Virus record (IMG/VR): IMGVR_UViG_3300032223_001001
Location: 17,778-81,777 of that record
DNA: 64,000 nucleotides
Strand: one strand, 5' to 3'
From: a virus
Shown: one piece after another, positions 29,901 through 40,711 of the stretch
Layout: each line of letters opens with the position of its first letter
How positions within the stretch are numbered: position 1 is the first letter of the stretch
Program-made: the position numbers and the translations under genes
The notes under the pieces: generated by a model
What the model was told of the DNA's origin: nothing
The model's input: the letters and a program-made list of their open reading frames with translations, nothing else
The model's database searches: none

Positions 29901-32900
29901 GGTTATAGTTTGTTGTTTTTGCCGAAGTTACCGGATCATAATTTTTAACATAATCAAAATCATCCCAGATGTTATCCAATATATCAACGTTGTCATTAAC
30001 ATATTTTTTGTATCGATACCATATTGACCCATATTTTAATATCCAAGCATAAGGTACTTTATGTATTCCTCCGAATTTTTTTAATGATGCGAAGATATAA
30101 TCCAATTCCGTATCGTTTGTTGGATTATATGATATATATTTTTCTTTTAATGTCGATAATGGTAATGAATTCAAAAATAAGTATGCTGCCGAGGTAAATG
30201 GATGATTATCATATTCTCTAAACTTCTTAACCCCATCTTGAATGGCGTTAATAAAGTATGGTGTGTTTAACATGGATACCGTTTGGTTGCTTGACACGTC
30301 CCCAGAATAATTAGTATATCTTAAATTCCCTTCGGTGATTAATTGGGTTCTATTTGTTATATTACCATAATAATTTTTTAACGATAACCTATTGTTAATA
30401 TTCGGTTGCGTTGGATTTAAGGTTAAAAAATTGGTGAATAACTTTTTGGTTTGTTTATCATCCGTCGGTAAAAAATTGGTTATTACTTTATTTGTTGCAT
30501 TAAAAACCAATGTTTTGGTTGTATTAAATGTTTGTGTGTTAACGGTTATTTTATCCCCATTGGAAGTATTAACATTAACCCATTTAATTTCCGTAAAAGG
30601 ATATAAGTCCACCAATGAAAAATCATTGTTGTTTGTGGTTAAATAATTTGTTAAATCCCCCTCGTTTTTTAAGGTTAATAACGGTTTTGCAGATGGTGAA
30701 TCAATGGTTGTTTCATCAACAAATGTAAATTCCGCGTTTGTTGTAATATTTTTAATATGGGATGTATTATATATCCCACGAATGAAATTTTGCCAGCTCT
30801 CACCAACACCACCATTGGAAATATGACGTAATAATGGGGTGAAATTTGTGGCATTAACACCATATTGTTTTAATTTCTTAATTAAAAATGGATTGTCATT
30901 AGATAAACTATTAAGTAGGTTGTTGCTTTCCATGTCGGCCAACAAATCAACTATCTTATCCGTTTGGTTGATAACATCACCAACCCTCGATAATAAGGGG
31001 TAGTTCGCATGTAAAAACAAACGTTCATATATTTCATAAAAGAATTTAACTTCCTCCTTATTCGAAAATACACTATTACTTATCGGAAATTCAATCGCAT
31101 CAACCGATATTCTATTTATCCCAGTTAACTGGTTTTGTCCTTCAGTTGGTGTTTGTGGTGGTTCAGTACGTTGCATAAACCCCTTTAGAAATTCTTCAAG
31201 AAATTCAACTTCAGGCCAAGCACTATAATCATATGCTTTAGTACTTGTAATATACCTACTATCCCCAGGATATTCAATTTGGTATTTTTCACGACCCTCC
31301 TTCCCATCGGTTTGTATAATATATTCCGGCCAAGGATAAACTGGTATCGTACCATTCCCATTCGCAATATTATCTTGTCCCGACGTTGCCGATTGTGGTG
31401 TCAATATCGCGTTTTTTCTGGAAACATCATCCCTAACGTCCCATGCTTTAGTGTGAACATCATCCATTAAACGTAAAAAAGCTTCACCATTGGCAAATAT
31501 AACTGCCAATATATTACGTATTGTTGGTACAAACCCAAATCCGTTATTTTTTGTTTGAATCAACGCCATCAACGACTCCGTTAAATCATTGTCAATTTTT
31601 GTCGAATAATCGTTAAATAACTTAAACATTTCGTCAATATACTTGTTAAACGAATTGTCACCCTCGAAAACAAAATAATCAACTTTACTCAATACTTGAC
31701 CATTACCCAATGTAACATTCGTAAAGTTCAATAATTTACGATCTTTTAATTCATTTTTGAATAACCCCAATTCTTCATTCGAAGGAATTTTTCCAGTTTT
31801 TTTAACTTGTTGGTAGGTTAAAACATAATCAATTTCATTTTCACTAATAGATCTTGTAAAAATCTGGGACGTGATTGAATTTGGAATCGATGAAGTTTTT
31901 GATTTACCATATTTTCCATCTTTACCAAACGTATTATTTTTAAGTAGTTTTTCACTATATTCTGTAACAATACCCTCCAATTCCTTTTTAGCATTAGACT
32001 TCTTTTGTTCAGATTCTAAAATTTCTTTTTTATAAATGTACACTTTAGTTTTGGAATTCTTCAACACCAAATAGGTATCAACATCCAGGTTATTTCGAAA
32101 CCAAGATGGTGTACCAGTATAAATTAATTTACGATAATTGGTTAAATCGTAACTATATGTTTCTTTATCATTTAATGGATTAACATTTTGTTTGGTGTAT
32201 GTATCCATAATCACCTTAACAAAATTATCAATCTTATCTTTTAATTGTATTAACGTTAATTCAGGAAAATCCTCTTCAATTAACCCTTTTGACTTATATT
32301 CATTATATAATTCCTTAACTTTTTCATACCCTAATTCAACATACCCTTCCTCAACATTCGAAAATTGACTAGGACCACCCTTTTTTGTGGTTATCTTAAG
32401 TCTCGATTTATACATATGGGGAACCGCCATCATATGTCCAATATTGACTTCACTTAACATGGTATATTTATAGGTGAAAAATTTCAATGATATCTTAAAA
32501 TTCCCATCCCCAGTATCATACCTGGATGAAAAATTCTGTAATAATAATGGCAATTTAATCGCTTTACCATAATACCCTTTAATCGTTAAATAAAATAACG
32601 GATATGGTAAATTAAAGAACGCAGCGTATGGGGACGAATTCCCTAGTTCAAACATGGACCTTCCTTGAATATCAACAAGTTCCATTGAAATGACCGGCAT
32701 AAAATCTAACCCTTCGGAAAATTCAATACTGGTTATACCTAATAAACCATTATCAACTATTTTACCTTTAACCCCTTCTGAACTAACATATTTTTCACCA
32801 CCATTATTTTTTTCTTGGTTTGTCGCACGACCTTGAACGGATTCTTTACCAGTGATTTCATCGGTATACGCATTATCCATTTTTTCTTTACCACCAGGTT

Positions 32901-33138
32901 TAAGAAAATTAACACTTGCAACCGATATTACCTCCCCTTGATTTTGACCAGTAGCACCAATAATAAGTTTAGTCCTCGGTATCAATTGACACTCAAGGTT
33001 AGCATACATGACCAAATTTTCTTGTTTTACATATCGTTCCTTAACTTTACCTTGACTATCAACCACTTTATTTGGGTCAATCAAGGTAATATTATCACAA
33101 TCAAAATCAACATATATATTTTCATTGTTATCTGCCAT
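26905..33138 (-). CDS. Giant baseplate hub-like tail protein (2077 aa)
   Basis: GITSI...ELVDIQGR...YLTIKGYYG near the N-terminus; SYTCTVSMMGNAMIQPAMYF...GPYMITKVTHSI..G.FET.FEGVR (gp27/gpD-like end); follows LysM gene. Confidence 0.65.
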   Translation of the reverse strand: MADNNENIYVDFDCDNITLIDPNKVVDSQGKVKERYVKQENLVMYANLECQLIPRTKLIIGATGQNQGEVISVASVNFLKPGGKEKMDNAYTDEITGKESVQGRATNQEKNNGGEKYVSSEGVKGKIVDNGLLGITSIEFSEGLDFMPVISMELVDIQGRSMFELGNSSPYAAFFNLPYPLFYLTIKGYYGKAIKLPLLLQNFSSRYDTGDGNFKISLKFFTYKYTMLSEVNIGHMMAVPHMYKSRLKITTKKGGPSQFSNVEEGYVELGYEKVKELYNEYKSKGLIEEDFPELTLIQLKDKIDNFVKVIMDTYTKQNVNPLNDKETYSYDLTNYRKLIYTGTPSWFRNNLDVDTYLVLKNSKTKVYIYKKEILESEQKKSNAKKELEGIVTEYSEKLLKNNTFGKDGKYGKSKTSSIPNSITSQIFTRSISENEIDYVLTYQQVKKTGKIPSNEELGLFKNELKDRKLLNFTNVTLGNGQVLSKVDYFVFEGDNSFNKYIDEMFKLFNDYSTKIDNDLTESLMALIQTKNNGFGFVPTIRNILAVIFANGEAFLRLMDDVHTKAWDVRDDVSRKNAILTPQSATSGQDNIANGNGTIPVYPWPEYIIQTDGKEGREKYQIEYPGDSRYITSTKAYDYSAWPEVEFLEEFLKGFMQRTEPPQTPTEGQNQLTGINRISVDAIEFPISNSVFSNKEEVKFFYEIYERLFLHANYPLLSRVGDVINQTDKIVDLLADMESNNLLNSLSNDNPFLIKKLKQYGVNATNFTPLLRHISNGGVGESWQNFIRGIYNTSHIKNITTNAEFTFVDETTIDSPSAKPLLTLKNEGDLTNYLTTNNNDFSLVDLYPFTEIKWVNVNTSNGDKITVNTQTFNTTKTLVFNATNKVITNFLPTDDKQTKKLFTNFLTLNPTQPNINNRLSLKNYYGNITNRTQLITEGNLRYTNYSGDVSSNQTVSMLNTPYFINAIQDGVKKFREYDNHPFTSAAYLFLNSLPLSTLKEKYISYNPTNDTELDYIFASLKKFGGIHKVPYAWILKYGSIWYRYKKYVNDNVDILDNIWDDFDYVKNYDPVTSAKTTNYNLNINGGNVDIVLEKNTTIGTDTSTLINTGFYPKLINDFNVFYQGYELFQNYTSTEINKGFASGLTMNYISEAIINKGKGVDPNNGNRDIRIIPWTISVNSQDDLNTYIFPSEGSFINQTEYECFNSANNLTTEVLNNDSIYNGSVRMFWSAPNYGYFDNTRITRPTPQQYIKTINPKSSNQENFSFNGTNTYSDISEILTVFNKEILDMFENEFLNFSKSIYDYDTGAVFTPKENEKSFVNFQMLMLDIMKIQKTTGATTNELITLIQQRQLQTLNAVLNDFIYKDVYFKYGNPSSFNKKLFYTFSQHEIIDGYQWTPYTAASPNALPYNGGSITLVTSQTNYPLEWSTLKTYVGFSEIDGLKYADNGSYITDFFIDNNVEFNVPNIKTFTPLIKIYATQKLKDNTLNNLKFIQLMEDYLTKNDLFQDKIINSLMIKLQKELPDVNDTPITISTELASGGFIKRDLWSSFKAINDKWIAGADLKTRTLFEDVMFIDRASRDIGNKVIVDIYKLKEAMLITNEVNAKRSMIDLVHGIITSNHFKVMYVPAYVNFYNVQTVMKNAIPKPEASGDFANNMFGTFLNVDTRESSTKMVCMYAGKSSEQLAMDTDLTQRNDDSFELKCGNVLSEDQTNKKDHDKSNKVAGFNIDIGPQNQSMFTSFMVSQDNHTPTAESLQLLTELANNYHNVKGVSQSVSLYNLYKVRSYTCTVSMMGNAMIQPAMYFNLRHVPMYNGPYMITKVTHSIKPGTFETIFEGVRQPTAQISKQDDFLAVIKTNLLQHIIDKNKQDKIEEEKQTKDEQGNLISQKDKTTDKIDGQKTISTNCTPNKAYEKYPINTTPTEYFVTYKQVKTAILENLPTDDGKLKYVLFAAMFAESNDGTRLKAYENNFAGIDLNGYWGASIQTLIYEQFFCLSSNKITLPYAEFKDLSSHVRFLINRWKSRMGGITVDEKSITQFLIQNISSQQQNPNVYSSLDKTSLENMEKKVKNAITVFNSFN

Positions 33139-33451
33139 AATAGAAGAAGTGGGTGTTTAACGCGTTTTTATAGTCCTGTAAAGAAGCTACTAAAGGAAAT
33201 GGAATTGTCAAGACTGTACCGTCAGAAATATTCCATTCTTGTCCTCCAGCGATCGGATTCGCCAATAATATTAACCAACCAAAATAAGGTGTTCCATAAT
33301 ATTGCTGGGAAACCTTATCCAATCGTGATCTACCAACCTTGTATATATAATTCTTGTCACTTGTTTTTGATGGTAACGTAATATACGGAACAACTGTTTG
33401 ATCACCATTAATATTAAATTCACTATATCTATTGTAATATTGCCTTCCCAT
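33128..33451 (-). CDS. LysM-like baseplate wedge (gp53/tail X-like)
   Basis: RLDKVSQQYYGTPYFGWLILLANP...LTIP. Confidence 0.82.
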   Translation of the reverse strand: MGRQYYNRYSEFNINGDQTVVPYITLPSKTSDKNYIYKVGRSRLDKVSQQYYGTPYFGWLILLANPIAGGQEWNISDGTVLTIPFPLVASLQDYKNALNTHFFYYGR

Positions 33452-33456
33452 AATGT

Positions 33457-36400
33457 TTAATTTAATTTGGTTTTATCATTGAACGTATTTTTTGGTACAG
33501 TTATAGGAGTTGTTGAATATAATAAACGTAACCCAATTTCAGTTAAAGATCTAATAGTATCATCTGTTGATACAGTTGTAAAATCAAAAATACGTGTTTT
33601 ACCTTTAGGGTATAATTTTAATTCGATTCCGTCGGTATAATCTTTATACGTTTTAGATTGTCTATAAGTAGTAAACACTTTTTGTTCAGCGTCATATTCT
33701 TTTTGATAATCTTTAACCAAATCGTTACAGATATCATCGAATACCTTTTTAATTTTTGTTTGATTGTTAATCGTTTTTAATGGTCCTGAAATAATTTCAT
33801 TCTTAAACCCTTCAAGTTTTGATTTATCTAAAAATATTGATGAAAATAACATATAGAAACGGATTGATGCATATTCCTTATTATCAAAACTACCAATCTT
33901 ATCCGTCAATGGTTTAAAAGCCGCGTTCGCTTCATCAAAATTCAATGGACTACTAATTAAATTATTATCCGTTAACACCTTATCAAAATCTTTTAAGGTT
34001 ACCGCCATTTTACTTAAGTCATTTAATAACTCCTCACTCGTATTTAACGGGATTGGGGGTGTATTACTTAATGGACTAACTTGTGTTGTTCCAGACGTAA
34101 AATAGGCTTTAGGCGTTAACCCATCAATAATTTTACCATCAAAACCATTACTAATAAAATTTAATTTATTGATGTTTTGTATCAAGTTTTGTTCCTCTAA
34201 AACTATTGTTTGAATAATATTCGTATATTCATTAGAAAAACTTGATTTCATATTTTTAATATACGATACAAGATTTTGACTAATCATTTCAATAACATTA
34301 TCAACATTAGGTTTGAATCCTTTTTTAATAAAATAATTCAATATTGGATTTTGTGAATTCCCACCACTAATAACACAATCTGAAATAGTGTTATCAAACA
34401 ATTTATCCATTAACCCATTCGTTAATTGATTTGGTTTACCATAAATAACCGATGATACCCCACCAATATTACCATCAACATAATCACGGGTTTTATACGA
34501 TACCAATTGTAAAATACCATAATTATATATCTTATTCATCTTCTCTAATTGATCCGATATCGTTGTAATATAACCTTTAACATTATCCAGTTGTTTGTCC
34601 ATAATGGTTTGATAACTAATTTGTCCTTGTTCACCACCTTCAACCGGAATTGTTGTTTTAATTTCACCAATTGTATTACCACCATTATTCACCACTTGTG
34701 AAGTATTAACCGGTGTTGTATTGTTTGATTGTGCTAAAATATTATCCACCATCATCTTATCCAATTTACTAGTATCTTCAGTAGGTGTTGCTCGTTCATC
34801 ATACATTTCAGTGTTAGCGTAATAATTAAACGATAACGCATTTTGTAGTTCATCAATTGGCCCTTGTAACCCCATACCCCCAATAATCTTAAAGTTCATC
34901 TGAACATTCACAAACATTGGTTGAACCCCAATACCTTCAGGATTTAAGTCATAATTCATTGGATCGTAACTAAACGATACCGAATCTGGAACAATTTTAG
35001 TATGGAAATAATCACCAATTCTTAAAACCAAAATCGGTGGTGCACCAAAAGATGTATTAATCGCGTCTTTTTTAATTATATTACCCTTTTCATCCACGGT
35101 TGGGATTGTCTCACCAGGTCTTAAACATTGATTCAAAAAGGTTACCCTAGCATTTAAACCTTCTGGTGTCATGGAATGGAACGCTGGATTGAAATATTTT
35201 ATCTTTTGTGATATCGAATTATAAATCATCGGATCCGTACTTTTAATCATTTCAAAATAATCACACTCCGATAACATTTTACGAATAATCTTTTTACTAA
35301 TACCATCCTTAATCTTTTTCTGAACATCAATTGTTGGTTGAGGTTTTGGATTAATGGTGGTCGTTAATTGTTCAATTGGTTCAGGTTCTTGAACTTGTTG
35401 AACCACTGGTGCTTTAGCCTCAACGTCTAATCTAACTCGTCTACACGCCATAGCATCCACGGAATATACATCCGCAATATTTAATAACGAACGTACCGCG
35501 TTATTTGGGCTGGTTTTTCTTGAATATTTTTTACCTTGATAATAAATTTCAATATCTTTAGTACAACTAATCGCAATATTGTCACCAGTATTATCATCAC
35601 TAACAATTGTTGGTAAATCTTCACCCTCCGCTTTTTCAATAATGGTTATTTTTTTGTTGTCAATATATTCTTTTAATGTTTTCCCCCCAACTTGATAATT
35701 GTTCAAGAATTTTTTAACCGAATCAATTCTTCTAGTAGATAAGTTAACATTATAATTGTTTTTAGCAATAGCCGATGCTGAACCAGTTAAGGTAATAATC
35801 ACCGTGTTATTTTGTTCCATCGCCTTAAATAATTGTGAAACTAAATTAACTTCACCTTTAATTAATGAATCGTATGATGGAATTATCGTATTTTCAAAAA
35901 ATGATTTTACATTTTTATTCGATTCATCCACAAAACTAACACTACTCGCTTGATTAACATATTTGGTTCGATTTCCATCCGAAATATAACTACTAATTAA
36001 ATTCTCAAAAGATGTTGTCGATGTTTTAGATAATGTTTTTGGATCTGGATAATCATTCTCAAAATAAAAATATTTCTTATTAAACATACTGAAATCCACC
36101 GGAGTAGCGGGTGTACCTGTCTGTTTATTAGTCCCATTATCCGATGATGATTGACCCGTATTATCTTTAGGGATATTCTGTAACACACCAACTCGTTCCT
36201 GACTAGTCAATCTAGGATTGTTTAATATTTCTTGTATATCGTATAATTCATTAACCGAAAAATTAGTATATTTCTTCGCCAATTCATATATATCAAACTT
36301 CGTACAACCAGCAAAAAATGAATTCAAAATCGAATCCTTCTTCTTATCATCAATACCCTTTAATTGTTCATCCACAATTCGGTTCATAACAGATGGTGAA

Positions 36401-38622
36401 TCAACAATAATAGTCCAACTCAATGTACCAGTTCTAGTAGTATTCTTATATGTATATATCGGTTCAGGTCGACCAATAAATGGTGTTCCATTAAAATCCG
36501 CACTACTAGAATCCGAAAATTTAAGATTATATGGTGGAAACCACATAACCCTACCACCATTTGGTCCTTTTTCACAAACAGGCAATTCATCATAAGTATA
36601 ACCAGGTCTTGAAGAAGTCCTCCATGCCAAATTCTCAATGGAGAACATATACTTTTTAGCATAAAAATCACCATTCTTATTTTGAGTAATATTTGTCGAT
36701 CCAGGGTTTTTTAATGGTGCAATATTCAAGTTATAGGTATTATCTAATACCGAATTCGTAAATCTTCTACCAGAAGTAGTTATACCATCACCCTTCTGAA
36801 GATCATTATATGTATAGTATGGTGTGTCTTTTGTAAAAACACGACAATATTCAATACCAGCTTCAGTACCATTAGTATTATCTTGATATGATACCACCCT
36901 TGAACCTTTTGTTAATTCACGATAACCATCGTTAAAAACTTTACTAACTTGGTTAATTGCCGTACCTACGTGTTTTAATTTCTTTTCCCCAGCAACATTA
37001 TCCGCCGACTCAACAATACGTTGTGTATTGTCCAATATCGAATTTTGTTTGAACTCAATATTGGTAGATTGGTTTTGGTTAATGACACTTTGAATTTGGT
37101 TAAAATCACCATCCAAACTTCCTTTATCCCCACCAGGTTTCGCTTTATACCCCGATCCGTCTTTACCCTTCGTTGAAGTCCAACTAAATTCACCATCAAT
37201 TCCACCACCTTGACCCATTGGGTTTGCACCAAAACCAAACTTAATTTTATCGATGTTACCCTCAAACAATTTACCCATTTCGGATGGTCCATACATATCC
37301 ATCGGAACTTGTTGACCATAAGAATTGGTTGGTATTTCATTTGCCGGTGAAGTTAACGTTGAGGGTTCAGTATTTGAATTCCCAACGTAATAACCCCCAC
37401 TTAACGTGCCATTATTTGGATTAATAGCATTTGCCACCGTTTCAATAACAGATTGAATAATCCCCTTATTGTACGCCGGTTGATATCTATTATAATTTAT
37501 ATTGTTAAATAAAGCAGACTTTTGTCCATTTCCAGTATTACCTAAAAATAATTGTGACGGGTTTCTTGTCTTATTCAAGATTGAACCCAAAAATCCACCC
37601 GTTAAATTATTAGCAACATCCAATGCTTTAGATGTTTGTGAAGTCTGAACCCCATTATTAGTATTTTCATCAAAATAATCCCCAGGAATAAAAGATACCG
37701 GCCAATACGCCCCAGAAATACGTGTTGCAAAATCACCTAGTGCAGCAATTGGGTTTTCAGGTACTGTTATTCTCCAGTTTCTAGCAATCAATGGTTGTTT
37801 ACCAGATAATATTAAACTTATATCAAAAGGATCTTGTAATGACGCTAATGATAATTTCCCAACTGTATTTTTAGCAATTTCACCATCAATACGATTCTTA
37901 AAAGTTTGATGCAATGTTTGAGCCCCAATCTTAGCCAAATAAGAATCCGTACTAACACCTGTTGGTGTCGGTGAAAAAAATATTTGGTAAGGGGTATACA
38001 TACCAACGATAAATTGATCGTGGTATGGTACATGATATAATGGGTTCATTAGTTTAACATCAACACTGTACAAATAAGTGTACCCATCATATGGATTAAA
38101 ACTATTAATTGTTTGATATTGAGTTAAATATTGAGAAGCTATATTTGGTAGTTTAGCATCGGTAGCACCATATTCACCTTGATTAGGTGTTAATGTATTT
38201 GGTACACCATTATAAGTAATACCAAATGTATAACCACCAGCTGGACCAAAACCATTTAATGGATATAAAGAATTCAAGTATTTGTGATACACAACATCAT
38301 CAAAAGAAATTGAGTCTTTAATACTATAATTGCTCAATATCGTTGGATAATTAATTGGACCACCAGGAGGTGTGTAAGCACCTGGAACACTATATGGTGG
38401 TAGATTTTTACCGTTTAACTTATTCCTATATTCTTGTGATGGGATAAAAGATATCTTGTCTTGTGAATCAATGACACTATATTCATTAATAGGTACTTCA
38501 TACACCGTTGGACCATTAGGTGGTGTATACGACCCAGGTACAACATATTTAGGCAAATTCTTACCCATTAACTTATTTCTAAAATCACTTGACGATGTAA
38601 AGGATAAGGTACTATTTGGCAT
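33457..38622 (-). CDS. Large tail-tube-initiator/baseplate protein with an internal OmpA-C-like domain
   Basis: WFPPY..FSD...FIGRPEPIYTYKNTTR.G.LSW and PPILVLRIGD (tube-like folds); YFEND...GSAS...YN.NLS.RR..SV...RRV (OmpA-C-like). Confidence 0.6.
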   Translation of the reverse strand: MPNSTLSFTSSSDFRNKLMGKNLPKYVVPGSYTPPNGPTVYEVPINEYSVIDSQDKISFIPSQEYRNKLNGKNLPPYSVPGAYTPPGGPINYPTILSNYSIKDSISFDDVVYHKYLNSLYPLNGFGPAGGYTFGITYNGVPNTLTPNQGEYGATDAKLPNIASQYLTQYQTINSFNPYDGYTYLYSVDVKLMNPLYHVPYHDQFIVGMYTPYQIFFSPTPTGVSTDSYLAKIGAQTLHQTFKNRIDGEIAKNTVGKLSLASLQDPFDISLILSGKQPLIARNWRITVPENPIAALGDFATRISGAYWPVSFIPGDYFDENTNNGVQTSQTSKALDVANNLTGGFLGSILNKTRNPSQLFLGNTGNGQKSALFNNINYNRYQPAYNKGIIQSVIETVANAINPNNGTLSGGYYVGNSNTEPSTLTSPANEIPTNSYGQQVPMDMYGPSEMGKLFEGNIDKIKFGFGANPMGQGGGIDGEFSWTSTKGKDGSGYKAKPGGDKGSLDGDFNQIQSVINQNQSTNIEFKQNSILDNTQRIVESADNVAGEKKLKHVGTAINQVSKVFNDGYRELTKGSRVVSYQDNTNGTEAGIEYCRVFTKDTPYYTYNDLQKGDGITTSGRRFTNSVLDNTYNLNIAPLKNPGSTNITQNKNGDFYAKKYMFSIENLAWRTSSRPGYTYDELPVCEKGPNGGRVMWFPPYNLKFSDSSSADFNGTPFIGRPEPIYTYKNTTRTGTLSWTIIVDSPSVMNRIVDEQLKGIDDKKKDSILNSFFAGCTKFDIYELAKKYTNFSVNELYDIQEILNNPRLTSQERVGVLQNIPKDNTGQSSSDNGTNKQTGTPATPVDFSMFNKKYFYFENDYPDPKTLSKTSTTSFENLISSYISDGNRTKYVNQASSVSFVDESNKNVKSFFENTIIPSYDSLIKGEVNLVSQLFKAMEQNNTVIITLTGSASAIAKNNYNVNLSTRRIDSVKKFLNNYQVGGKTLKEYIDNKKITIIEKAEGEDLPTIVSDDNTGDNIAISCTKDIEIYYQGKKYSRKTSPNNAVRSLLNIADVYSVDAMACRRVRLDVEAKAPVVQQVQEPEPIEQLTTTINPKPQPTIDVQKKIKDGISKKIIRKMLSECDYFEMIKSTDPMIYNSISQKIKYFNPAFHSMTPEGLNARVTFLNQCLRPGETIPTVDEKGNIIKKDAINTSFGAPPILVLRIGDYFHTKIVPDSVSFSYDPMNYDLNPEGIGVQPMFVNVQMNFKIIGGMGLQGPIDELQNALSFNYYANTEMYDERATPTEDTSKLDKMMVDNILAQSNNTTPVNTSQVVNNGGNTIGEIKTTIPVEGGEQGQISYQTIMDKQLDNVKGYITTISDQLEKMNKIYNYGILQLVSYKTRDYVDGNIGGVSSVIYGKPNQLTNGLMDKLFDNTISDCVISGGNSQNPILNYFIKKGFKPNVDNVIEMISQNLVSYIKNMKSSFSNEYTNIIQTIVLEEQNLIQNINKLNFISNGFDGKIIDGLTPKAYFTSGTTQVSPLSNTPPIPLNTSEELLNDLSKMAVTLKDFDKVLTDNNLISSPLNFDEANAAFKPLTDKIGSFDNKEYASIRFYMLFSSIFLDKSKLEGFKNEIISGPLKTINNQTKIKKVFDDICNDLVKDYQKEYDAEQKVFTTYRQSKTYKDYTDGIELKLYPKGKTRIFDFTTVSTDDTIRSLTEIGLRLLYSTTPITVPKNTFNDKTKLN

Positions 38623-38660
38623 TCTATTACTTTATTTAATAAATAGCTAATTTATGTTTT

Positions 38661-40508
38661 TCAAGTGGTTAAATTATAATTTGTTTTAACTTGACCCATT
38701 GTTTTACTTAATTCTTGAACCACTCCAGTATTACGTAACGATTCTTTAACCGCCGACAGGATATTGTCTCTATCCGTCCCTTGAGGTGCGGAAATATTAA
38801 TGTTTAAGTTAATATCCGATGTATTTCTATTTTCGTTAATTGTTGTATTTTTATTTTCAGTTAAACTAGTCCCACCGGCCATAACAATTGAGTCTTCAGG
38901 TAAAGTTTTTATCATAAAATCTTTAACATCAAGAGTTTTGTCATTATTCTGAACTTTAATATTACCAGTACCTAGATTTTTATCACTATATTCAACAACT
39001 TTTTGAATAACATTCCCAGTTGGTGTACCCTTAAATTGTTTTCTACCTTCCTCCTCAACAGCCAACATTGCTTTATTCATATATTTTGTTAATCCATCAA
39101 CACCTTTACCAAATTGTTCCAACGAACCACTGGTATCCCCTTTATATAATTTTTTAAGACCTTCACCTATTAAACCAAAATCGGTAGTTAATTCCTTCCT
39201 AACATCTTTAACAGATAATTCTTTAACATTAAACACATTAGTTAATCTAGCACTAACCCCCCTTAATTCACCAATGAACTTATCAACACCACCCATACCA
39301 GCAACAGCATAACCAGTTCTACTAGCGGGAGCTTTTGACGCAGCTTCGATTGCTTTTAAGGTTGTTAATTGTTCACGAGCCAATTCTTCCATCGTTTTTG
39401 GGGCTTGAGGGTTTGCTAAACGTTGAATATCGTTTTCACTTAATTGTGTTATTGATTTTTCAACTTTTTCACCCTTTTCGTCCGTCATTGAAATTTTATA
39501 TTCACCACCCTTCATTTCCGCCATACTAGCGATCATCTTCTGTTGTTCCTCGGATAAATTGAATTTGGTTGGGAACGCAATTTTACCCATCTTATCTTGA
39601 ATTTCCGCAGTAGACTTAGCCATTTTAACTAATTGTTCATAATTAACCCCTGTTGCTTTTTCATACTCACGCATAACACGACGACCATAATCACTAATCT
39701 TAAATTGACCATCTTCAGCTTGTTGTACATATCGTTGAACATCATCCGCCAATACCTTCAACATTTCTTCAGGATTATTTTGACTTAAATCCATCAATCT
39801 TAATGGGTTTAATAAATCCGCTTGTTGCGCACCCAATCGTTGTAGAGTTGCGGCCATTGTGATAGCACCTTCAGGTTCAAACGCCTTTTCTAACATACCA
39901 CTAATTGATGATACATTAACTCGCATTAAAGCAGCGTTCGCGGCCATTTTAGCTAACCCTTGTACACCGTTTTCAAACCCATATTTATCCAATAACCCAA
40001 TATTATTAGATACCTGTCTACTAACCTCCTCAACGTTGACCCCCATACTTCTGGCGATATCAACCACCTTTTGCAGTTGATCCCCAGCTTGATAAACTGA
40101 ATAACCAGCATCCTTAAATGTTTCAACAATTGTCCCAACACTTAAACTAGTTACTTCACCAGCAGCATAAAGTTGTTGATACGAATCTGACATTAAAACC
40201 AAATTTCGGTTCAACGTTTCAGATATATCTAATTGAATTTGTTTTACATTACCAAAATTCCCACCTAGTGCCTCAACCTCCTTTACAGCATCGGATAAAC
40301 CTTGTTTGATCGCCAAAACATTATCACGACCCGTACCAAATTTTTTAATAACTTCGGTTGCTGCATCGTCAACTTCACCAATTTTACCGATAACATCACT
40401 AATATCAATATTGGTATAAATGTTTTTCGCAAAACTATTAAAAATTTCTTTTAATTGGTTTTTAGCGTCATTAAGACTATTTTGAAATATATTTCCCTCG
40501 TCAGCCAT
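38661..40508 (-). CDS. Tape-measure-like protein
   Basis: 615 aa helical A/L/E/K-rich; position after tail chaperone, before baseplate. Confidence 0.65.
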   Translation of the reverse strand: MADEGNIFQNSLNDAKNQLKEIFNSFAKNIYTNIDISDVIGKIGEVDDAATEVIKKFGTGRDNVLAIKQGLSDAVKEVEALGGNFGNVKQIQLDISETLNRNLVLMSDSYQQLYAAGEVTSLSVGTIVETFKDAGYSVYQAGDQLQKVVDIARSMGVNVEEVSRQVSNNIGLLDKYGFENGVQGLAKMAANAALMRVNVSSISGMLEKAFEPEGAITMAATLQRLGAQQADLLNPLRLMDLSQNNPEEMLKVLADDVQRYVQQAEDGQFKISDYGRRVMREYEKATGVNYEQLVKMAKSTAEIQDKMGKIAFPTKFNLSEEQQKMIASMAEMKGGEYKISMTDEKGEKVEKSITQLSENDIQRLANPQAPKTMEELAREQLTTLKAIEAASKAPASRTGYAVAGMGGVDKFIGELRGVSARLTNVFNVKELSVKDVRKELTTDFGLIGEGLKKLYKGDTSGSLEQFGKGVDGLTKYMNKAMLAVEEEGRKQFKGTPTGNVIQKVVEYSDKNLGTGNIKVQNNDKTLDVKDFMIKTLPEDSIVMAGGTSLTENKNTTINENRNTSDINLNINISAPQGTDRDNILSAVKESLRNTGVVQELSKTMGQVKTNYNLTT

Positions 40509-40549
40509 ATTTAGTTTTTCTTATATAAAATAAATATGCCGAAGGGTTG

Positions 40550-40711
40550 TTATTCCTTCGGCGTATTACTATCAATGATTTTATTAATTAAGTATTTCCG
40601 GATATATGTTGGTAATGTTAGAAATTCTTTATACGAAGTCCTTAAAAACTTCGCCATTATATAATATTCATCCAACAAATAAGTTCCATAATTAGAAGAA
40701 AGGGCGAAAAA
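40550..40711 (-). CDS. Overlapping +1-frame extension of the tail assembly chaperone (GT-like)
   Basis: FFALSSNYGTYLLDEYYIMAKFLRTSYKEFLTLPTYIRKYLINKIIDSNTPKE*, open across the upstream stop. Confidence 0.65.
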   Translation of the reverse strand, partial: FFALSSNYGTYLLDEYYIMAKFLRTSYKEFLTLPTYIRKYLINKIIDSNTPKE

